A DNA stretch of 64,000 bases from Actinomycetota bacterium (GTDB lineage: Bacteria; Actinomycetota; Acidimicrobiia; Spongiisociales; UBA4744), in the NCBI GenBank assembly GCA_013152275.1, contig JAADGS010000090.1, positions 1 through 64,000 on the forward strand. Reading direction: 5' to 3'. The position numbers were made by a program, and so were the translations under genes. This document shows positions 60,073 to 64,000 of this stretch, piece by piece (positions within the stretch are counted from its first letter, which is position 1; each line of letters begins with the position of its first letter). Below the pieces are notes generated by a model that was given only the letters and a program-made list of their open reading frames with translations, did not search any database and was not told where the DNA came from.

Positions 60073-61803
60073 CTACTTGCTGCTCTTGGTCAAGTCGGTG
60101 TAGACGAGGTTCGCAAAGGCATCCACGTAGACTCCGCTGACGGGGCTGTTCCAGGCATACTGGTTCTGACCGTAGAAGATCGGCGTCAACGGGACGTTCT
60201 CGCAGGCGATCTTGTCGGCGGCCTGATACAACGGGATGGCAGTCTGTAGATCAGACTCGGCCAGCGCCTTCTTCAAAGCCGCATTGAAATCGGCATTGTC
60301 GAAGAACGTGTCGTTCGCTCCACCCATCTCAGGCTTCATCCAACCTGCCAGGATCAACTCGAGGTAGTCCTGTGGGTGCGGATAGTCCATACCCCAGCCG
60401 AGTCGGAACGGTCCGTCGACCTTCGCTCCGTCGAGCTTCTGCAGGTACTGGGCCCATGGCAACTGCTGGAACTTGATGCTGTCGGCCGGAATACCGAGGT
60501 TGTTCACCCACTGGTTGGTCACGGCTTCGATCCACGCCTGGTGCGCGGCACCCTCGTTGAACCAGACGTTGAGCGTCCCGGTCCAACCTCCGGCGGCGTC
60601 GAACAGCTCCTTCGCCTTGGTCGGGTTGTACGTCCAATTGTCACAGACGGTGTCCTGATGCCCTGGAATCACCGGTGAGAGCAGATCGCCTGCCGGCGCC
60701 CGCGTGCCGTTGAAGATCTTGTCCGTGATGGCCTTGCGATCGATGGCCATCGACAGCGCTGCCCGGAGGTTCTTGTTGGCGGCCCCACCGAGTGCCGGAT
60801 CGTACATCGGGAAACCGATGTAGTTGATGCCCGAACTCGGCGACTGATCGTAGTTTGGAACCTGCTTCTTGACTTCGGCCCAGCGCTCCGGCGGAACGGC
60901 GTCGACAATATCCAGGTTCCCTGCTTCGAGATCCGAGACGGCCGTGTTGACATCCGCGTAGATCCGAAACTCGATGCCCGCAATCTGTGCCTTCTTGGCA
61001 CCCGCATAGTTCGGATACGCCTTGACCTTGATTGCCACATCATGGTTCCACGTGCCGTCCATCATGAACGGCCCGTTGCCGATCGGCGCCTCGTTGAACG
61101 CCTTCGGATCCTTGAAGAACGCTTCCGGTAGCGGCGCATAGGCCGGGTAGCCGAGCTTCTCGGAGAAGAACGTCTCCGGCTGTGACAGCGTCACGGTGAA
61201 CTGGAGATCGTTGTCGACGACCAGACCGGACAGCGTCTTCGCCGTTGGGGTCCCACTCGCCGGGTTGACGGCGTCGTAGCCGGCGATCTCGGCGAAGAAA
61301 CCGGCGTTCTTCTGGGCGTTCGGACCGTAGGCGCCGTAGTTCCACGCGTCGACGAACGACTGCGCGGTCACCGGTGTGCCGTCGTGGAACGTCCATCCCG
61401 GCTTCAGCTTGATGACCCAGGTCGTGCCACCATCGGTCGACTTGATCGATTCGGCAACACCTGGGGCCGGCTTCGAGGTTTTCGGGTCATAGGTGATCAG
61501 TGGTGTATACAGAGCGTCGAGCACTGCGATGCCTTCGGACTCGTTGTCGTCGAGTGTCGTCAGGCTCTTCGGCTCTGTTATGTACGTGGAGACCACTCCG
61601 GTCGGCGCGGCCGGTGGGGCCTGCGTCGTCGTGCTGGAGCTACCTCCAGGTGTGGTCGTGGATGTCGTCGTCAGAGTGGTACTGGTAGTTGCAGTGCCAC
61701 TCGTGGTCGTGGTTGCTCCGGTCCCGCAAGCAGCGAGCACCATCGCAAAAACCACGAGGGCGGCGAACCGTGGGGCCTTGCCCCTGGACCAGCGTGATCG
61801 CAT
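60073..61803 (-). CDS. Peptide ABC substrate-binding lipoprotein (OppA, SBP family 5)
   Basis: Lipobox LAAC, Thr-rich linker, GWTFHDGTPVTA, PIGNGPF, R.ALSMAIDR, GWGMDYP. Confidence 0.93.
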   Translation of the reverse strand: MRSRWSRGKAPRFAALVVFAMVLAACGTGATTTTSGTATTSTTLTTTSTTTPGGSSSTTTQAPPAAPTGVVSTYITEPKSLTTLDDNESEGIAVLDALYTPLITYDPKTSKPAPGVAESIKSTDGGTTWVIKLKPGWTFHDGTPVTAQSFVDAWNYGAYGPNAQKNAGFFAEIAGYDAVNPASGTPTAKTLSGLVVDNDLQFTVTLSQPETFFSEKLGYPAYAPLPEAFFKDPKAFNEAPIGNGPFMMDGTWNHDVAIKVKAYPNYAGAKKAQIAGIEFRIYADVNTAVSDLEAGNLDIVDAVPPERWAEVKKQVPNYDQSPSSGINYIGFPMYDPALGGAANKNLRAALSMAIDRKAITDKIFNGTRAPAGDLLSPVIPGHQDTVCDNWTYNPTKAKELFDAAGGWTGTLNVWFNEGAAHQAWIEAVTNQWVNNLGIPADSIKFQQLPWAQYLQKLDGAKVDGPFRLGWGMDYPHPQDYLELILAGWMKPEMGGANDTFFDNADFNAALKKALAESDLQTAIPLYQAADKIACENVPLTPIFYGQNQYAWNSPVSGVYVDAFANLVYTDLTKSSK

Positions 61804-62016
61804 GGTCGGTTCCTCCTTTGTCATGCCGGCCAATCAGACCGACGTCTCTCAGAAATCTGAGCCAGACCCATCGATTTTAGTGACGAGCGAGAACTACGAG
61901 GCATCCGCAAGCAACGTGGCCGGGAACACGCGGCGCTCCCTCAAGCCCTCCGAGTCAGGCCCGGATCTTCCCTCCGAACAGCCCTTGACGAGTGACACCT
62001 CCGTACAATCACCGGC

Positions 62017-63420
62017 ATGCACATCGCGTTTCTCAACCCGCAAGGGAATTTCGATCCACAGGATCGGTACTGGACCCAGCACCCCGACTTCGGTGGTCAG
62101 CTCGTGTACGTCAAGCAGGTGGCCAACGCGCTCACCGCCCAAGGACATACCGTCGATATCCTCACTCGCCGCATCGTCGATCCCCGATGGCCCGGCTTCG
62201 AAAGCAGGCAGGACGCCTACCCCGCCGGCGCCCGAATCGTGCGGCTCCACGCGGGACCGAACGACCGGTTCGTACCCAAGGAGGACCTTTGGCCTCTGCT
62301 CGGCTCGGACTGGGTGCCCGACATCCTCGCCTTCTATGGTGGAGACCTCCCCCACGTGTTCACGGCGCACTACGGCGACGGCGGCATCAGTGCCGCACTC
62401 CTTCGATCGATAACGGGCATTCCGTACACGTTCACGGCACATTCGCTCGGTGCCCAGAAACGCGACGGCCTCCTCGCCGCCGGCGAATCCATCGACGAAG
62501 ACCGGTACCACTTCACACGACGCCTCGAGGCCGAACGCGTCGCCATGAACCACGCCGGCATCGTGATCACCTCGACGAACCAAGAGCGCTACGCCCAGTA
62601 CGGCCATTCCGCCTACGCAGGGGCCATCGACCCGAATGACGACCGACGATTCGCCGTCGTCCCACCAGGGGTCGACCAAACCGTCTTCTACCCGGGGGAC
62701 GCCGACGACAGCACTGCTCGACAGATTCGTGCTTTCCTGAAGAGAGATCTCGAAACGTCTCGGATCGAGCTCCCCGCCGTTGTGTCGTCGAGCAGACTCG
62801 ACCCGAAGAAGAACCATCGCGTCCTCATCGATGCCTTCGGTCACAGTGAGGAGCTCCGATCTCGTGCGAATCTGGTACTCATCACGGGAGCGATCGAAGA
62901 TCCCCTGCACGACGACGGTCCCGCCTCACGATCCGAGCGGCGTGTCCTCGCCGGCTTGCGTGAAGCAATCACCGCGTACGATCTGGGCGGAGCCGTGTCG
63001 GGTTTCGCCATCGGCAACCAACGATCTCTCGCCGACGCATATCGATTCTTTGCCGCCCGAACATCCGTCTTCGCTCTCACGGCGCTGTACGAACCGTTCG
63101 GACTTGCCCCCCTCGAGGCCGCGTCGACCGGACTCCCTGTCGTGGTGACCCGCAACGGTGGACCCGCCGAGAGTTTGCGTGACGAACGCGGGGAGTATGG
63201 AGTTCTGGTCGACCCATCCGATCCGGACGACGTCGCGAGCGGTCTCCTGAGGGCGCTCGACCAATGGCACCACTTCGCCCGAGAAGGCAGGCGCCGCGTC
63301 CTCGAACGCTACACGTGGGACCGCACCGCACAGGGATACGTCGCCGCCATCGAACGGGCCCTCACGGTTCCGGTCCACCCCACGGAGCCCATCCCGGCGT
63401 GGTGCTCTCTCAGGAGCTGA
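62017..63420 (+). CDS. GT4 glycosyltransferase, sucrose-phosphate synthase-like (Halothermothrix SPS/MfpsA type)
   Basis: HIAFLNPQGNFDP.D.YWT.HPDFGGQLVYVK, HYGDGG, HSLGAQK, SSRLDPKKNH, YEPFGLAP.EA, NGGPAE. Confidence 0.85.
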   Translation: MHIAFLNPQGNFDPQDRYWTQHPDFGGQLVYVKQVANALTAQGHTVDILTRRIVDPRWPGFESRQDAYPAGARIVRLHAGPNDRFVPKEDLWPLLGSDWVPDILAFYGGDLPHVFTAHYGDGGISAALLRSITGIPYTFTAHSLGAQKRDGLLAAGESIDEDRYHFTRRLEAERVAMNHAGIVITSTNQERYAQYGHSAYAGAIDPNDDRRFAVVPPGVDQTVFYPGDADDSTARQIRAFLKRDLETSRIELPAVVSSSRLDPKKNHRVLIDAFGHSEELRSRANLVLITGAIEDPLHDDGPASRSERRVLAGLREAITAYDLGGAVSGFAIGNQRSLADAYRFFAARTSVFALTALYEPFGLAPLEAASTGLPVVVTRNGGPAESLRDERGEYGVLVDPSDPDDVASGLLRALDQWHHFAREGRRRVLERYTWDRTAQGYVAAIERALTVPVHPTEPIPAWCSLRS

Positions 63421-63502
63421 CGATCCTGCGCCTCCGCTCGGTGAACAGGTCCGCCACACCGACGGCGAACAGCGGAAGGAGTGGCCGGAACGACGACGCA
63501 TT

Positions 63503-64000
63503 TCAGATTGCGTGTTCTTGCCCTTGAAGCCGATCCGTCAGATAGGTGACCAGCTGATCAATGGACACGCGATCCTGCTCCATGGAGTCGCGATCACGCA
63601 CCGTGACGGCACGATCTTCGAGTGACTCGAAGTCGAACGTGATCGCGTATGGAGTACCGATCTCGTCGTGGCGCCGATACCTGCGGCCGATCGACTGGGT
63701 GATGTCGAGTTCCAACATGAAGTGAGGACGGAGCATGTCGGCAACCTTCTCGGCCTCCGCCACAAGGTGCGGTTTCTTGGACAGCGGCAGTACTGCAACC
63801 TGATAGGGAGCCAGCCTCGGGTCCAGTCGTAAGACCACCCGTTTCTCCCCCCGGACCTCCTCCTCATGGTATGCGTCCATGAGAAACGCGAACGTGGTTC
63901 TGGTTGCACCCGCCGCCGGCTCGATGACGTAGGGAAAGAACCGTTCCCCGGACTCGTCGTCGAAGTAGCTGAGGTCCTGGCCGCTGGCCTCGGTATGCGC
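63503..64000 (-). CDS. glyQS: Glycine--tRNA ligase (alpha2 type), C-terminal part, truncated by the window edge
   Basis: [53 protein letters not shown]. Confidence 0.95.
   Translation of the reverse strand, partial: AHTEASGQDLSYFDDESGERFFPYVIEPAAGATRTTFAFLMDAYHEEEVRGEKRVVLRLDPRLAPYQVAVLPLSKKPHLVAEAEKVADMLRPHFMLELDITQSIGRRYRRHDEIGTPYAITFDFESLEDRAVTVRDRDSMEQDRVSIDQLVTYLTDRLQGQEHAI

Overview
GC-rich actinobacterial-type chromosome segment; an Acidimicrobiia-like lineage is inferred from gene content and style, not tested. The right end (52.8-64 kb) is core chromosome: tRNA-Asn(GTT), a small YtxH-like gene, rpoD, dnaG, an Opp/Dpp peptide ABC operon, a sucrose-phosphate-synthase-like glycosyltransferase and the 3' end of glyQS. 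Positions ~1.56-52.8 kb form a ~51-kb decaying genomic island bounded by the intact tRNA-Asn and a copy of its 3' half (34 bp identical). A second, older integrase/excisionase relic lies to its left. The island carries: (i) an OsmC-metY-CoA-binding sulfur locus preceded by a Cys/Met-rich leader ORF; (ii) a TetR-ABC exporter; (iii) a ~31-kb, 26-gene catabolic cluster for an unknown N-heterocycle, nucleoside or amine substrate; (iv) PhzF-like, benzoate-CoA ligase, nucleotidyltransferase, alpha-glucoside ABC and MltG-like genes; (v) many relics (IS110, type III Mod, Nmad2-like, VOC, tRNA-Val att fragment, integrase tail). The cluster in (iii) includes two ABC importers, four metal-dependent amidohydrolases (one an enamidase homologue), isochorismatase, DUF1989, DUF1185 and a stand-alone archaeosine-synthase-like DUF5591 protein. 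It also has two class III aminotransferases, three aldehyde dehydrogenases and a ThDP enzyme. Its two main minus-strand operons share a 26-bp promoter/operator motif. All family calls are from motif recognition by eye; no database searches were run.
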